Shown piece by piece: positions 10,708 to 22,045 of a stretch of DNA of 64,000 bases. This DNA comes from Tissierellales bacterium (GTDB taxonomy: Bacteria > Bacillota > Clostridia > Tissierellales > Dethiosulfatibacteraceae). The first letter of the stretch is position 1; each line of letters opens with the position of its first letter. Location: NCBI GenBank assembly GCA_016938195.1, contig JAFGVC010000061.1, forward strand, positions 19,365-83,364, written 5' to 3'. A program made the translations under genes and the position numbers. The notes under the pieces are model-generated. The model was not told where the DNA came from and did no database searches. It was given only the letters and a program-made list of their open reading frames with translations.

Positions 10708-11070
10708 TTATTGAATTCTTTTTGAAATAAGAATCTTCTTTTTTTCAATGTCCAAAGAAAATTGGTCCGCTAAGCTTTGGATAATCATAATCCCCATATC
10801 TTCTTTTTCTTGAGCCATCAACCCGAAATTCAAATCTTCAATTTCAACCGTCAATTCATGATTGTCAAATTGAAAAACGATATTCAATGGCCTAATCGCT
10901 GCATCTAAATGATTGATAAAATAAATACACATTTCCGAAACAACAACCTTCAAATCATCTATTTCTTCAATATTAAAACCAACATTATTAGCAACAAAAG
11001 AAGTTGTTAATCTAATAATGCTTATAAATTCGGATTTTTTTGGTATTTCAAGCTTGATCGTTTCTTTCAT
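10708..11070 (-). CDS. RsbW/SpoIIAB-like anti-sigma factor, short (120 aa) with degenerate kinase motifs
   Basis: It sits between the STAS gene and the sigma gene. It aligns by eye to SpoIIAB (VVVSEMCIYFINH vs TVVSEAVTNAIIH). ATG 11070 has an AGGTGA SD and lies 4 nt after the STAS stop, whereas the ORF-track start at 11097 overlaps the STAS gene. Confidence 0.65.
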   Translation of the reverse strand: MKETIKLEIPKKSEFISIIRLTTSFVANNVGFNIEEIDDLKVVVSEMCIYFINHLDAAIRPLNIVFQFDNHELTVEIEDLNFGLMAQEKEDMGIMIIQSLADQFSLDIEKKKILISKRIQ

Positions 11071-11074
11071 AATT

Positions 11075-11383
11075 TCACCTAAGGATTTCGAAAACATCAG
11101 TTAAACCGGTAATATCAAAAAGCTTATAAATATTTGGTTTTAAATTTGATAAATACAGTTTAGAATTGTTTTCTCTGGTTTTTTTTAACAGACTGATTAA
11201 GACTCCCAGTCCGGTACTGTCCATATAATCTAATTTTTGCCCGTCAATCAAAATTTCCTTTTCTTCTTCTATAAATTTCAAGATCTCCTCTTTAAATTCT
11301 TTTGAAGTCACAATATCAATGTCGCCTATTGGTATAATTCTCACTTTTTGATGATCGATTTCTTTTTCGATTATTAAAGACAT
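11075..11383 (-). CDS. STAS-domain anti-sigma-factor antagonist (RsbV/SpoIIAA-like)
   Basis: 102 aa. YMDSTGLGVLIS retains the phosphorylatable Ser of the DSSGLG motif. A GAGGAGG SD is present, and the gene starts 12 nt after the gyrA stop. Confidence 0.85.
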   Translation of the reverse strand: MSLIIEKEIDHQKVRIIPIGDIDIVTSKEFKEEILKFIEEEKEILIDGQKLDYMDSTGLGVLISLLKKTRENNSKLYLSNLKPNIYKLFDITGLTDVFEILR

Positions 11384-11395
11384 ATAAACCTCCTC

Positions 11396-13831
11396 TTATT
11401 CTTCTTCCAAAACTATTTTGGCTAATGCAACCACTTTGTCCCCTTCATTGAGCTTCATTACTTTGACTCCTTGTGTATCTCTACCCATTGTTGACACTTC
11501 TGAGGCACTCATTCTAATAACAACGCCATCTTTACTAATAAGCATAATTTCATCTTCTTTTTCAATGATTTCAGCTCCGACTATATCTCCGGTTTTTTTA
11601 GTAATCTTGTATGTTTTCACACCCTTTCCTGCTCGGGCTTGGCTTCTGTAGAGGCTGGTTTTGGTCATCTTGCCAAAGCCATTTTCTGTAATGATAAAAA
11701 TGATCTTATCTTCATTGAGTATACTGATAGATACAATTTCATCATTTCTGTTGAGCGTAATCGCCTTGACTCCCATCGCAGTTCTTCCCATTGATCTAAC
11801 ATCTTCTTCGTTAAATCGAATAGCCTTCCCTTTTTGGCTGGTTATAAATATATCTTCTCCGCCAATAATATTACTGACGCCTATCAATTCATCCTCATCT
11901 TCAAGCTTTATGGCTATAATGCCTGATTTCCTTATATTATTAAATTCTGATATCTTGGTTTTCTTAATTTTACCAAGCTTTGTGCAGAATAGCAATTCTT
12001 CATTTTCAAATTGCTTCTCTCTGATTGGAATAATTTTAGTCACTCTTTCACCGCTTTCAACGGGTATAAGATTGATAATAGCTGTTCCTTTTGCTTGTCT
12101 TTTTGCCTCCGGAATTTCATAGGCTTTTATTTCATAAATTTTTCCTCGATTGGTAAAGAAAAGTAAATTGTCATGTGTAGAAGTGATGAGTATATCCTTA
12201 ACATAATCCCCTTCACGAGTAGAAAGACCTATTACTCCTTTTCCACCTCTTTTTTGTATGCGATAAGTGTCTTCCGGAAGTCTTTTCACATATCCATGAT
12301 TAGTGACAGTGATGGCGATTTCTTGTTCTTCAATCAAATCTTCCATGTTGATTTCAGCCTCATCAGCTTTAATAGCTGTTCTTCTGATATTGTTATATTT
12401 CTCTTTAATTTCAATCAATTCACTTTTAATGATATCCATTAGCATAAACTCATTGGCTAAAATTTCCTTGAAATGATGGATCATTTTCATAAGCTCTTGA
12501 TATTCTTCTTCAAGCTTTTCTCGTTCTAAGCCTTGGAGTCTTCTTAATCTCATATCAACAATTGCTTTTGCCTGAATTTCTGAAAGATTAAAGCGTGTCA
12601 TTAATTTTTCTTCGGCATTATTATATGAACTTCTAATGATTGCAATAATTTCATCAATATTATCAAGTGCTATTTTAAGACCCTCTAAAATATGTGCTCT
12701 AGCTTCTGCTTTATCTAAATCATATTGCGTTCTTCTTTTGATTACATCTTTTTGATGCATAACATAATAGTGAATCATCTCCTTTAGGTTTAAAACCTTA
12801 GGCTCTCCATTCACTAAAGCTATCATAATAATACTGAAAGTGTCCCTCATCTGCGTATGCTTGTAAAGATTATTCAATACTATGTTGGGATTGTAATCTT
12901 TTTTAATTTCAATTACAATTCTCATCCCTGTTCTATCACTTTCATCTCTGAGGTCAGTAATTCCTTCTATCTTCTTTTCTCTTACAAGATCTGCTATTTT
13001 TTCAATTAGTCTCGATTTATTCACCTGATAAGGAATTTCTGTCACAATAATTCTTGTCTTATTGTTCTTCATTTCTTCAATATTCGCAATTGCTTTAACG
13101 ATAACTTTTCCTCTGCCTGTTCTATAGGCCTTTTTAATGTTATCTTTTCCTATAATTTCTGCTCCTGTTGGAAAATCAGGTCCTTTGATATAACCAATGA
13201 GCTCGTCTATTGTTATTTCTGAATTTTCAATATAAGCAACCGTGCCATCGATAACTTCCCCTAAATTATGAGGAGGTATAGAGCTTGCCATTCCGACAGC
13301 AATGCCGTTGGACCCATTAACTAAAAGATTGGGATATTTACTTGGAAGCACAACAGGTTCTTTTAAGGTTTCATCAAAGTTAAATTTATAGTCAACAGTT
13401 TCTTTATTTATATCTCGAAGCATTTCCATTGCAATTTTAGACATTCTGGCTTCAGTGTACCTCATTGCAGCAGCACTGTCTCCATCGACAGATCCAAAGT
13501 TACCATGTCCATCCACCAATGGAAAGCGTGTTGAAAAGTCTTGCGCGAGCCTAACCATAGCATCATAAACAGCCGAATCACCATGTGGATGATATTTACC
13601 TAAAACATCCCCGACAATACGAGCACTTTTTCTATGAGGCTTGTCGGGTGTTACACCTAATTCACTCATCGCATACAAAATTCTTCTGTGTACAGGTTTA
13701 AGTCCATCTCTCACGTCAGGCAATGCCCTGCTGACAATGACCGTCATGGCATAATCAAGATAGGATTTTTTCATTTCCTTTTCAATATTTATTGGAATAA
13801 TTTTGTCAAAAGTATTATCAATTTGGTCCAT
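11396..13831 (-). CDS. gyrA: DNA gyrase subunit A
   Basis: 811 aa with the active-site Tyr in [10 protein letters not shown], a QRDR-like [10 protein letters not shown], and C-terminal beta-pinwheel repeats. Confidence 0.98.
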   Translation of the reverse strand: MDQIDNTFDKIIPINIEKEMKKSYLDYAMTVIVSRALPDVRDGLKPVHRRILYAMSELGVTPDKPHRKSARIVGDVLGKYHPHGDSAVYDAMVRLAQDFSTRFPLVDGHGNFGSVDGDSAAAMRYTEARMSKIAMEMLRDINKETVDYKFNFDETLKEPVVLPSKYPNLLVNGSNGIAVGMASSIPPHNLGEVIDGTVAYIENSEITIDELIGYIKGPDFPTGAEIIGKDNIKKAYRTGRGKVIVKAIANIEEMKNNKTRIIVTEIPYQVNKSRLIEKIADLVREKKIEGITDLRDESDRTGMRIVIEIKKDYNPNIVLNNLYKHTQMRDTFSIIMIALVNGEPKVLNLKEMIHYYVMHQKDVIKRRTQYDLDKAEARAHILEGLKIALDNIDEIIAIIRSSYNNAEEKLMTRFNLSEIQAKAIVDMRLRRLQGLEREKLEEEYQELMKMIHHFKEILANEFMLMDIIKSELIEIKEKYNNIRRTAIKADEAEINMEDLIEEQEIAITVTNHGYVKRLPEDTYRIQKRGGKGVIGLSTREGDYVKDILITSTHDNLLFFTNRGKIYEIKAYEIPEAKRQAKGTAIINLIPVESGERVTKIIPIREKQFENEELLFCTKLGKIKKTKISEFNNIRKSGIIAIKLEDEDELIGVSNIIGGEDIFITSQKGKAIRFNEEDVRSMGRTAMGVKAITLNRNDEIVSISILNEDKIIFIITENGFGKMTKTSLYRSQARAGKGVKTYKITKKTGDIVGAEIIEKEDEIMLISKDGVVIRMSASEVSTMGRDTQGVKVMKLNEGDKVVALAKIVLEEE

Positions 13832-13854
13832 TTAGTCCTCCTAAAACATATAAG

Positions 13855-15771
<1,917 letters not shown>

Positions 15772-15777
15772 CTACCT

Positions 15778-16899
15778 CTATTCTAATATTCCTTCAATTT
15801 TTCCGTTTTTTATATAAAATATTTTTTTTTCTTTGTCTTTTAATAAGTCAATCAAGTCTGTATCATCTGTTGAAGTAATAATGGTTTGAATTTTCTCAAT
15901 AAAATTAATTAAATATTTTTTTCGATTATTATCAAGCTCTGAAAGAACATCATCTAAAAGAAGAATAGGATATTCATCCTTTTCTTCATGCACGATATTT
16001 ACTTCAGATAAAACAATCGACAATGCTGCCGTTCTTTTTTGTCCTTGTGAAGAATAGTATTTGGAATCCATATGATTAATCAATATTTCAATATCATCTA
16101 AATGAGGTCCAAATAAAGTTGATTTTCTAATTAATTCTCTTTCAAAATTAGATATTAATTTGTCACGAAAAATATTCTTTATTTCTTTTTTTTCTAAATC
16201 ATTAATTTTTCCTAAATTTGATCTATAAATCAAATCTAATTTTTCTGTTCCACCGGATATTCTATCATGAATTTTTTCAGAAAAAAACATAATTTTTTTT
16301 AAATAATCTAGCCTATATCCAATAATTTCAGTACCGTAATTAATAAGATGTTCATTCCAGACGGGTAATACTTTTTTATCTTCCCTTTTTTCAATAATTT
16401 TTTTTAATAAATTGTTTCTCTGCATTAATATTTTATTATATTTAGTTAATAGATATTTATAATTTGGCTTTAATTGTGATAACTCTACATTAAGATATCT
16501 TCTTTTTTCTGAGGGTGTTCCTTTAATAATATTGATACTGTCCGGAGAAAATACGACAACATTAGTAATTCCAACTAGTTCACTATTTTTCTCTAAACTA
16601 AGTCCATTTACTTTTATATTCTTTTTATTGCATTTAACAAAATTGATATCTATTTCTTTTTGATCATCTTTTCTTTGATAGTAAATTTTGATACGAGCTG
16701 TGTCACTTTTCCAATTAATCAAATTGTCGTCCTTAGAAAATCTAAATGACTTTCCTACAGCAGAAACAAATATTGACTCTAGTAGATTTGTTTTGCCTTG
16801 TGCATTGTTTCCAATAAAAATATTTAGTTTTTGATTTAATTCAACTTGAATATTTTCAAAATTTCTATAATGATTGAGATTGATTTTTTTTACATACAT
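15778..16899 (-). CDS. recF: DNA replication/repair protein RecF
   Basis: Walker A GNNAQGKTN, signature SQGQKRT, Walker B LLLDDVLSELD. Confidence 0.95.
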   Translation of the reverse strand: MYVKKINLNHYRNFENIQVELNQKLNIFIGNNAQGKTNLLESIFVSAVGKSFRFSKDDNLINWKSDTARIKIYYQRKDDQKEIDINFVKCNKKNIKVNGLSLEKNSELVGITNVVVFSPDSINIIKGTPSEKRRYLNVELSQLKPNYKYLLTKYNKILMQRNNLLKKIIEKREDKKVLPVWNEHLINYGTEIIGYRLDYLKKIMFFSEKIHDRISGGTEKLDLIYRSNLGKINDLEKKEIKNIFRDKLISNFERELIRKSTLFGPHLDDIEILINHMDSKYYSSQGQKRTAALSIVLSEVNIVHEEKDEYPILLLDDVLSELDNNRKKYLINFIEKIQTIITSTDDTDLIDLLKDKEKKIFYIKNGKIEGILE

Positions 16900-16908
16900 A
16901 TCTATCTG

Positions 16909-17115
16909 CTATTTAATTAAATATTGTTTATTTTTAAATGTAACAATGTCGCCTGGCTTGATTTTTTTTCCTCTCTGCAATTCAGTTTTTCCATTTACTT
17001 TAATCATTCCATCTAAAATCATTACTTTTGCCTCTCCACCCGAACTGGCTACAGAAATATATTTTAATAATTGATCTAATCTTATAAACATACTTTCAAT
17101 TTTTATTTCATCCAT
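16909..17115 (-). CDS. yaaA: S4-domain RNA-binding protein (YaaA-like)
   Basis: A 68 aa S4-like protein between dnaN and recF, as in Bacillus. Confidence 0.8.
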   Translation of the reverse strand: MDEIKIESMFIRLDQLLKYISVASSGGEAKVMILDGMIKVNGKTELQRGKKIKPGDIVTFKNKQYLIK

Positions 17116-17127
17116 TTAAAAATCACC

Positions 17128-18228
17128 TCAACTTATTCTAACCGGTAATACTAAATATATATAATCTTCTTTATCCTCAAGCTTGATGATACAAGGATTT
17201 AAACTTCCTTGAAAATTCAGCACCAATTCTTCTTCTTCCACTATTCTTAATAAATCTAATATGTATTTTGAATTGAAACCAATTTTTAAATTATCTCCAG
17301 ATACTTCAACCTCAATGTTTTCTTCGGCATTTCCATATTCTGAAGTTGATTCAATTTTGATATTATCATCTTCTACAGACATAATAATTAAGTTATTTTT
17401 ATCTTCTTTTGATAGAAGAGAAACTCTCTCAATACTCTCTCTTAATAAAAATGTGTTTATTTTGACTTTTGTAATAAAACCTTCTTTAATGATATCTCTA
17501 TATTTAATAAATTCTCCTTCTAATAAATTAGAAATAATGATTGTTTTATCAAAAATAAATGAGATATGTGTTTTAGAAATAACAATTTCAATATCTTGAT
17601 CTTCCTCTTCCAGAATTCTATATACTTCCTGAAGGGATTTACTTGGAATAATTGCATTTATGTTTGTATTATACCCAATTCTTTCTTTTTTGATAGCTAG
17701 TCTATACCCATCAATAGCAATCAAAGAACATAGATTATTTTCTATTTCAAATAAACATCCTGTAAAAATAGGTTTAATATTATCTTGAGCGGCAGCAAAG
17801 GAGGTATAACGAATCAATTTTTTAAGGTTATAGCTATTTATCTTAATGCTTTCACCCTCATTGTAGAAAGTGTTATCAGGATATTCATCAGAAGAATTAC
17901 ATAAAATTACAAAATCAGATTTCATACACTTCAATTCCATTTTATTGTGATGATCAGTAGAAATTAATATTTCAGATTTAGAAGGCAATTTCCTTACAAA
18001 ATCCCCTAATAATTTTGCATTCACTACTATAGCACCCGGTTCTTCTGTTTCACAATCAATTGTTGTTTTAATACCAATTTCTAAATCAGTTGCAGTTAAA
18101 TGAAGTTGATTATTTTCTGATTCAATTAAAATACCTGTTAGAATAGGCATAGTGGTTCTGGATGATACAATTTTTTGAACATTATTCATAGCTTTAGATA
18201 ATTCATTTTGTTTTACACTAAACTTCAT
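17128..18228 (-). CDS. dnaN: DNA polymerase III beta sliding clamp
   Basis: 366 aa with three-domain clamp length and composition. Conserved position downstream of dnaA. Confidence 0.95.
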   Translation of the reverse strand: MKFSVKQNELSKAMNNVQKIVSSRTTMPILTGILIESENNQLHLTATDLEIGIKTTIDCETEEPGAIVVNAKLLGDFVRKLPSKSEILISTDHHNKMELKCMKSDFVILCNSSDEYPDNTFYNEGESIKINSYNLKKLIRYTSFAAAQDNIKPIFTGCLFEIENNLCSLIAIDGYRLAIKKERIGYNTNINAIIPSKSLQEVYRILEEEDQDIEIVISKTHISFIFDKTIIISNLLEGEFIKYRDIIKEGFITKVKINTFLLRESIERVSLLSKEDKNNLIIMSVEDDNIKIESTSEYGNAEENIEVEVSGDNLKIGFNSKYILDLLRIVEEEELVLNFQGSLNPCIIKLEDKEDYIYLVLPVRIS

Positions 18229-18446
18229 ATTTATCCTCCGGTTTATTTAATAATAGAAAATAATGTGTATAAGTATATATATAATAAATAACTTAGTAAT
18301 AGTAGTAGGTGCTGTTAATTTGTTGATAAGCTGTCTAGCTTAAATATATTAACAGCTATGAGGTTTTCTATATTGTGGATAATATAATAATAAAAATTAA
18401 CAAAAAAAACAATAAACAAACAATTCACAGCAAATTCACAGTATTA
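18229..18446. other. oriC right module (dnaA-dnaN intergenic): DnaA boxes, TAN-trio tract, AT-rich unwinding element
   Basis: TGTGGATAA (18374-18382) is a perfect DnaA box. TGTTGATAA (18321-18329) has 1 mismatch. AATTCACAG occurs twice (18422-18430, 18433-18441). On the minus strand, GCACC is followed by TAC-TAC-TAT-TAC-TAA (18293-18307). An A+T tract spans 18250-18290. Confidence 0.8.
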
Positions 18447-19787
18447 TCATTTTATCTCTGCTTCTAAATCTTCAATTGATTTTTTTAATTCGATGTTTGA
18501 TTGTAAATCATTATTAATTTTATTGAAGGCATGAAGAACTGTTGAATGATCTCTACCACCAAATTCCTCACCTATCTTTGGAAGGGAATGATCGGTATAT
18601 TTTCTAGTCAGATACATAGCTATTTGCCTTGGATAAGAGATATTCTTTGGTTTTTTCTTGGAACTTAAATCTTCTAGTGAAATATTAAAATAACTGGATA
18701 CGGAATTTTTGATAATATCAACAGTAATAATTTTATTATTTTCTGAAATTAAATGTTTTAGTGCTTCTTGTGCTAATTCAAGAGTGACTTCCTTGTTGGT
18801 CAGTGAAGAATAGGCATAAAGTCTAATGAGAGCACCTTCAAGCTTTCTAATATTTGATTGAATATTATTAGCAATATATTCTATGACCTCATTAGAAACG
18901 TCATAATTTTCGTCTTCTGCTTTTTTTCTCAATATTGCAATTCTTGTTTCTAGGTCAGGAGCTTGAATATCGGCCGTTAAACCCATTTCAAATCTTGATC
19001 TTAATCGATCTTCCAGAGTTGGAATCTCTTTAGGAGGTCGGTCAGATGAAATTATAATTTGCTTATTGGCTGAATGCAGGGTATTAAAAGTATGAAAGAA
19101 TTCTTCTTGAGTTCTTTCTTTTCCAGCTATGAATTGTATATCATCGACCAATAATACATCTATTTTCCTATATTTATTTCTAAATTCATCATTTTTATCG
19201 TCTTTAATAGAGTTAATTAAATCATTTGTAAATTTTTCACTCGTGACATATAAAATTTTGGATTTTGGATTTATTGAAGAAATATAATGACCAATAGCAT
19301 GCATCAGATGCGTTTTACCTAAACCAACACCACCATATAAAAAAAGTGGATTATAAGCTGTGGCAGGTGCTTCAGCAACAGCTAAGGAAGCTGCATGAGC
19401 AAATCGATTACTATTCCCTATAATGAAAGAATCAAATTTATACTTTTGATTTAGAAAGGGTACCGAAGGTGTATCGTTTGGATAAATCATTTTTCTCTCT
19501 TTCTTTTCATAAGAAGATTTTTCTTCAATATCTTCACCGGGGACCAAAATTTTGACACTGATATTTTCATCCTTAAGAACATAAATAAAGGCATTTGAAA
19601 GCAAATTGTTGTATCTTTTAACCAGCATATCCCTTAAGAATTCTTCAGGAGCTTGAAGATAAACAAATTTCTTATTTATTGATAAAGGTTTTATAGGCTT
19701 TAGCCAAGTGCTAAAACTAACCTCATTCATGTCTTCTTTTATAATACTCAGCACTTCTTCCCATATTTGGTCAATATTTTTGTTCAT
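18447..19787 (-). CDS. dnaA: chromosomal replication initiator DnaA
   Basis: Walker [11 protein letters not shown], Walker [10 protein letters not shown]-terminal HTH with [14 protein letters not shown] 19787 is preceded by a GGAGG SD. The 25 extra codons in the ORF track run through the DnaA boxes. Confidence 0.97.
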   Translation of the reverse strand: MNKNIDQIWEEVLSIIKEDMNEVSFSTWLKPIKPLSINKKFVYLQAPEEFLRDMLVKRYNNLLSNAFIYVLKDENISVKILVPGEDIEEKSSYEKKERKMIYPNDTPSVPFLNQKYKFDSFIIGNSNRFAHAASLAVAEAPATAYNPLFLYGGVGLGKTHLMHAIGHYISSINPKSKILYVTSEKFTNDLINSIKDDKNDEFRNKYRKIDVLLVDDIQFIAGKERTQEEFFHTFNTLHSANKQIIISSDRPPKEIPTLEDRLRSRFEMGLTADIQAPDLETRIAILRKKAEDENYDVSNEVIEYIANNIQSNIRKLEGALIRLYAYSSLTNKEVTLELAQEALKHLISENNKIITVDIIKNSVSSYFNISLEDLSSKKKPKNISYPRQIAMYLTRKYTDHSLPKIGEEFGGRDHSTVLHAFNKINNDLQSNIELKKSIEDLEAEIK

Positions 19788-20001
19788 AAAAAACCTCCAC
19801 AATAGCATAACACTGTTGATAAATAATAATAAATAATTTAAATAAATAAAAGTTATCCACAACTAAACATAGTTTAACAAATTTTATCCACAATATCAAT
19901 CACATAAAAGGCTTTATCTAACATTTCTTAAATAATTGTCTAATAATTTAAAATTGATTTGCATATCATAAATAAATAATATATAGTACTATCAAGAAAT
20001 T
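19788..20001. other. oriC left module / dnaA promoter region with DnaA boxes
   Basis: Perfect TTATCCACA at 19853-19861 and 19884-19892. TGTTGATAA at 19814-19822. The surroundings are A+T-rich. Confidence 0.8.
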
Positions 20002-20025
20002 ATGATGATATTAAAGGAGATATTG

Positions 20026-21087
20026 ATGAATTTTCCAGTACTTAAGATTGGTGAATTACAAGCTAATATTCCTATTGTATTGGGAGGCATGGGAATAGGC
20101 GTTAGTAGAAGTAGGTTAGCCTCTGCAGTAGCAAATGAAGGGGGTATTGGAGTTATGTCAGGCGTTCATATTGGTTATGATCAGCCGGATTTTTATACAC
20201 ATCCATTTGAGGCTAATATTCGAGGCATGAAGGATCAGATTAATATTGCTAGAAAATTAAGTCCGAAAGGAATTATAGGTATTAATTTTATGACAGCGAT
20301 GAATCGATATGGTGATTACGTAAAAGCTGCAGTCGAAGAAGGAATTGACTTAATTGTATCCGGAGCCGGATTACCTTTTGAGCTACCATTTTTTTCTGAG
20401 AATCCAAAAACTAAAATACTTCCAATTGTATCCTCGGAGCGTGCATTGAAATTAATTTTAAGAAAATGGGACGCTAAATATAATAGAACAGCAGATGCGG
20501 TGGTTATTGAAGGCGTTAATGCTGGTGGGCACCTTGGTTTCAAGGAGGAGGAAATCATTAATCATCATTTTTCTTTTGAAAATACAATATTAGAGGTTAA
20601 ACATCTGATTGAGAAATATCAAGATAAGTATGGAAAAAAAATACCGATTATTATTGCAGGGGGCATATTTAATAGAGAAGATGCAGAAGAAGCTTTTAAA
20701 ATAGGTGCAGATGGTGTTCAAATGTCAACTAGATTTATAGGAACGGAAGAATGTGACGCTGCAGATGCTTATAAAGAAGTCTTTATTAAAATGAAAAAAG
20801 AAGATATCAAAATAATAAAAAGTCCTGTTGGTTTACCTGCAAGAGCCTATAACAATAAAATGCTAAAAGATATAGAAAACGGAATAAAGAAGTACCCTAA
20901 TAAATGTACAGCCTGCTTAAAAGAATGTTATTTAGGAAAAAATATGTATTGTATTTCAGATGTATTGATTAAAGCGGTAAAAGGAGATGTTGATAATGGT
21001 CTCATATTTACAGGAACTAATGGGTATAAAATAGAAAAAATAGACACTGTAAAAAATATTTTTAATGAGTTTAGGAATGAAAAATAG
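20026..21087 (+). CDS. FMN-dependent nitronate monooxygenase / FabK-like NAD(P)H flavin oxidoreductase
   Basis: TIM-barrel NMO motifs GGMGIGVS, EGVNAGGHLG, IIAGGI and GADGVQMSTRF. An AGGAGA SD precedes ATG 20026. Confidence 0.8.
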   Translation: MNFPVLKIGELQANIPIVLGGMGIGVSRSRLASAVANEGGIGVMSGVHIGYDQPDFYTHPFEANIRGMKDQINIARKLSPKGIIGINFMTAMNRYGDYVKAAVEEGIDLIVSGAGLPFELPFFSENPKTKILPIVSSERALKLILRKWDAKYNRTADAVVIEGVNAGGHLGFKEEEIINHHFSFENTILEVKHLIEKYQDKYGKKIPIIIAGGIFNREDAEEAFKIGADGVQMSTRFIGTEECDAADAYKEVFIKMKKEDIKIIKSPVGLPARAYNNKMLKDIENGIKKYPNKCTACLKECYLGKNMYCISDVLIKAVKGDVDNGLIFTGTNGYKIEKIDTVKNIFNEFRNEK

Positions 21088-21178
21088 ACTTTAACATTCT
21101 ATATGGTATATAAAATTTTTGATAACACAATATATAGTTTTTAAATTAAAATTGAAAAATAGCCATTTTAATAATTTC

Positions 21179-21207
21179 TTGACATATATATTGTATATTA
21201 ATATAAT
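21179..21207 (+). promoter_or_regulatory. sigma-A promoter of rpmH-rnpA operon
   Basis: TTGACA (21179-21184), a 17 nt spacer, then TATAAT (21202-21207). Confidence 0.7.
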
Positions 21208-21292
21208 CTAATGTAGACTATACGGGTATACTGTTTTTTGTAAGTGTACTGTTTTTTGAGATTGAAAGATTTTTGTTGAGGAGGTGTTTACG

Positions 21293-21427
21293 TTGAAAAG
21301 AACTTATCAGCCTAAAAGAAGACAAAGAAGCAAAGAGCATGGTTTTAGGAAAAGAATGCATAGCAAGGCAGGAAGAAATATCCTTCAAAAGAGAAGATTA
21401 AAAGGAAGAAAGAAACTATCAGCGTAA
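21293..21427 (+). CDS. rpmH: 50S ribosomal protein L34 (TTG start; absent from ORF track)
   Basis: GAGGAGG SD, then TTG. The translation is [44 protein letters not shown] (44 aa), the canonical L34 sequence. Confidence 0.95.
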   Translation: MKRTYQPKRRQRSKEHGFRKRMHSKAGRNILQKRRLKGRKKLSA

Positions 21428-21449
21428 GGCCTGTCTAAAGAGGCCTTTT
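21427..21449 (+). terminator. hairpin between rpmH and rnpA (partial terminator/attenuator)
   Basis: AGGCCT-GTCTAAAG-AGGCCT followed by TTTGTT, immediately after the rpmH stop. Confidence 0.5.
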
Positions 21450-21470
21450 GTTCCATTTATACAAGGGTGC

Positions 21471-21824
21471 ATGATAATGGAAAAGGAAAACAGAATAACT
21501 AATAATTCTGATTATAAGAGTGTATATTCAAAAGGAAAGTCTTTTTCTGACTATAATTTAGTGTTATTTGTAAAAAGAAGAACTGATGAAAATACACGTT
21601 TTGGTGTGACTACAGCAAAGAAAATCAAGAAGGCTGTAGAAAGAAACAGATATAGAAGAAGAATGAAGGAAATCATTAGAAAAAATTTGCATGATGTAAA
21701 ACCTGGATACGATCTCGTTTTAATGTGCCGACTGAACGGTAAGGATTCAGATTTTTCAGCACTTGAAAAATCTTATTTAAGACTTCTGAAAAAGTCGAAT
21801 TTATGGAAGAAGGAATTATATTGA
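21471..21824 (+). CDS. rnpA: ribonuclease P protein component
   Basis: 117 aa and basic, with KKAVERNRYRRRMKE (the RNR motif region). Follows rpmH. Confidence 0.93.
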   Translation: MIMEKENRITNNSDYKSVYSKGKSFSDYNLVLFVKRRTDENTRFGVTTAKKIKKAVERNRYRRRMKEIIRKNLHDVKPGYDLVLMCRLNGKDSDFSALEKSYLRLLKKSNLWKKELY

Positions 21825-22030
21825 AAAGAATAATGATTGGTATGATTAAAGTTTATCAAGCATATTCTAAAAGAAATGGTCGGAGCAATTGTAGGTTTTA
21901 TCCTACTTGCTCGCAATATTCATTGGAAGCTTTTGAAAAATACGGTTTTTTTAAAGGCATGTATCTGAGCTTTAAGAGAATAATAAGATGTCACCCCTTC
22001 AATCCTGGAGGGTATGACCCTTTAATATAA
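21803..22030 (+). CDS. yidD: membrane protein insertion efficiency factor YidD
   Basis: CRFYPTCSQYSLEAFEKYG signature. The true start may be internal (TTG 21821 or ATG 21833). Confidence 0.9.
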   Translation: MEEGIILKRIMIGMIKVYQAYSKRNGRSNCRFYPTCSQYSLEAFEKYGFFKGMYLSFKRIIRCHPFNPGGYDPLI

Positions 22031-22045
22031 TTGGAGGTATTTTTA

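Noticed and set aside
9938-11383. Interpreting the STAS/anti-sigma/sigma trio as the sporulation spoIIAA-spoIIAB-sigF operon
   Set aside because: The sigma region 2.4-3 sequence ([15 protein letters not shown]) matches SigB rather than SigF. The genomic context (after gyrA) also differs from spoIIA loci.
11418-12442. Plus-strand ORFs (77, 153 and 89 aa) antisense to gyrA
   Set aside because: They lie inside gyrA. Their Ser/Ile/Leu/Phe-rich translations are characteristic of the reverse frame of a lysine/glutamate-rich gene. No start context is present.
17261-17599. 112-aa plus-strand ORF inside dnaN, and similar antisense ORFs in gyrB, dac, the hydrogenase genes, glgC/glgD, pyrD and mnmE
   Set aside because: All are nested antisense in confidently assigned genes and show reverse-frame composition.
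19788-19862. N-terminal 25-codon extension of dnaA given by the ORF track ([12 protein letters not shown]...)
   Set aside because: It would be translated through the DnaA boxes and has no SD. The ATG at 19787 has a GGAGG and gives the canonical DnaA N-terminus.
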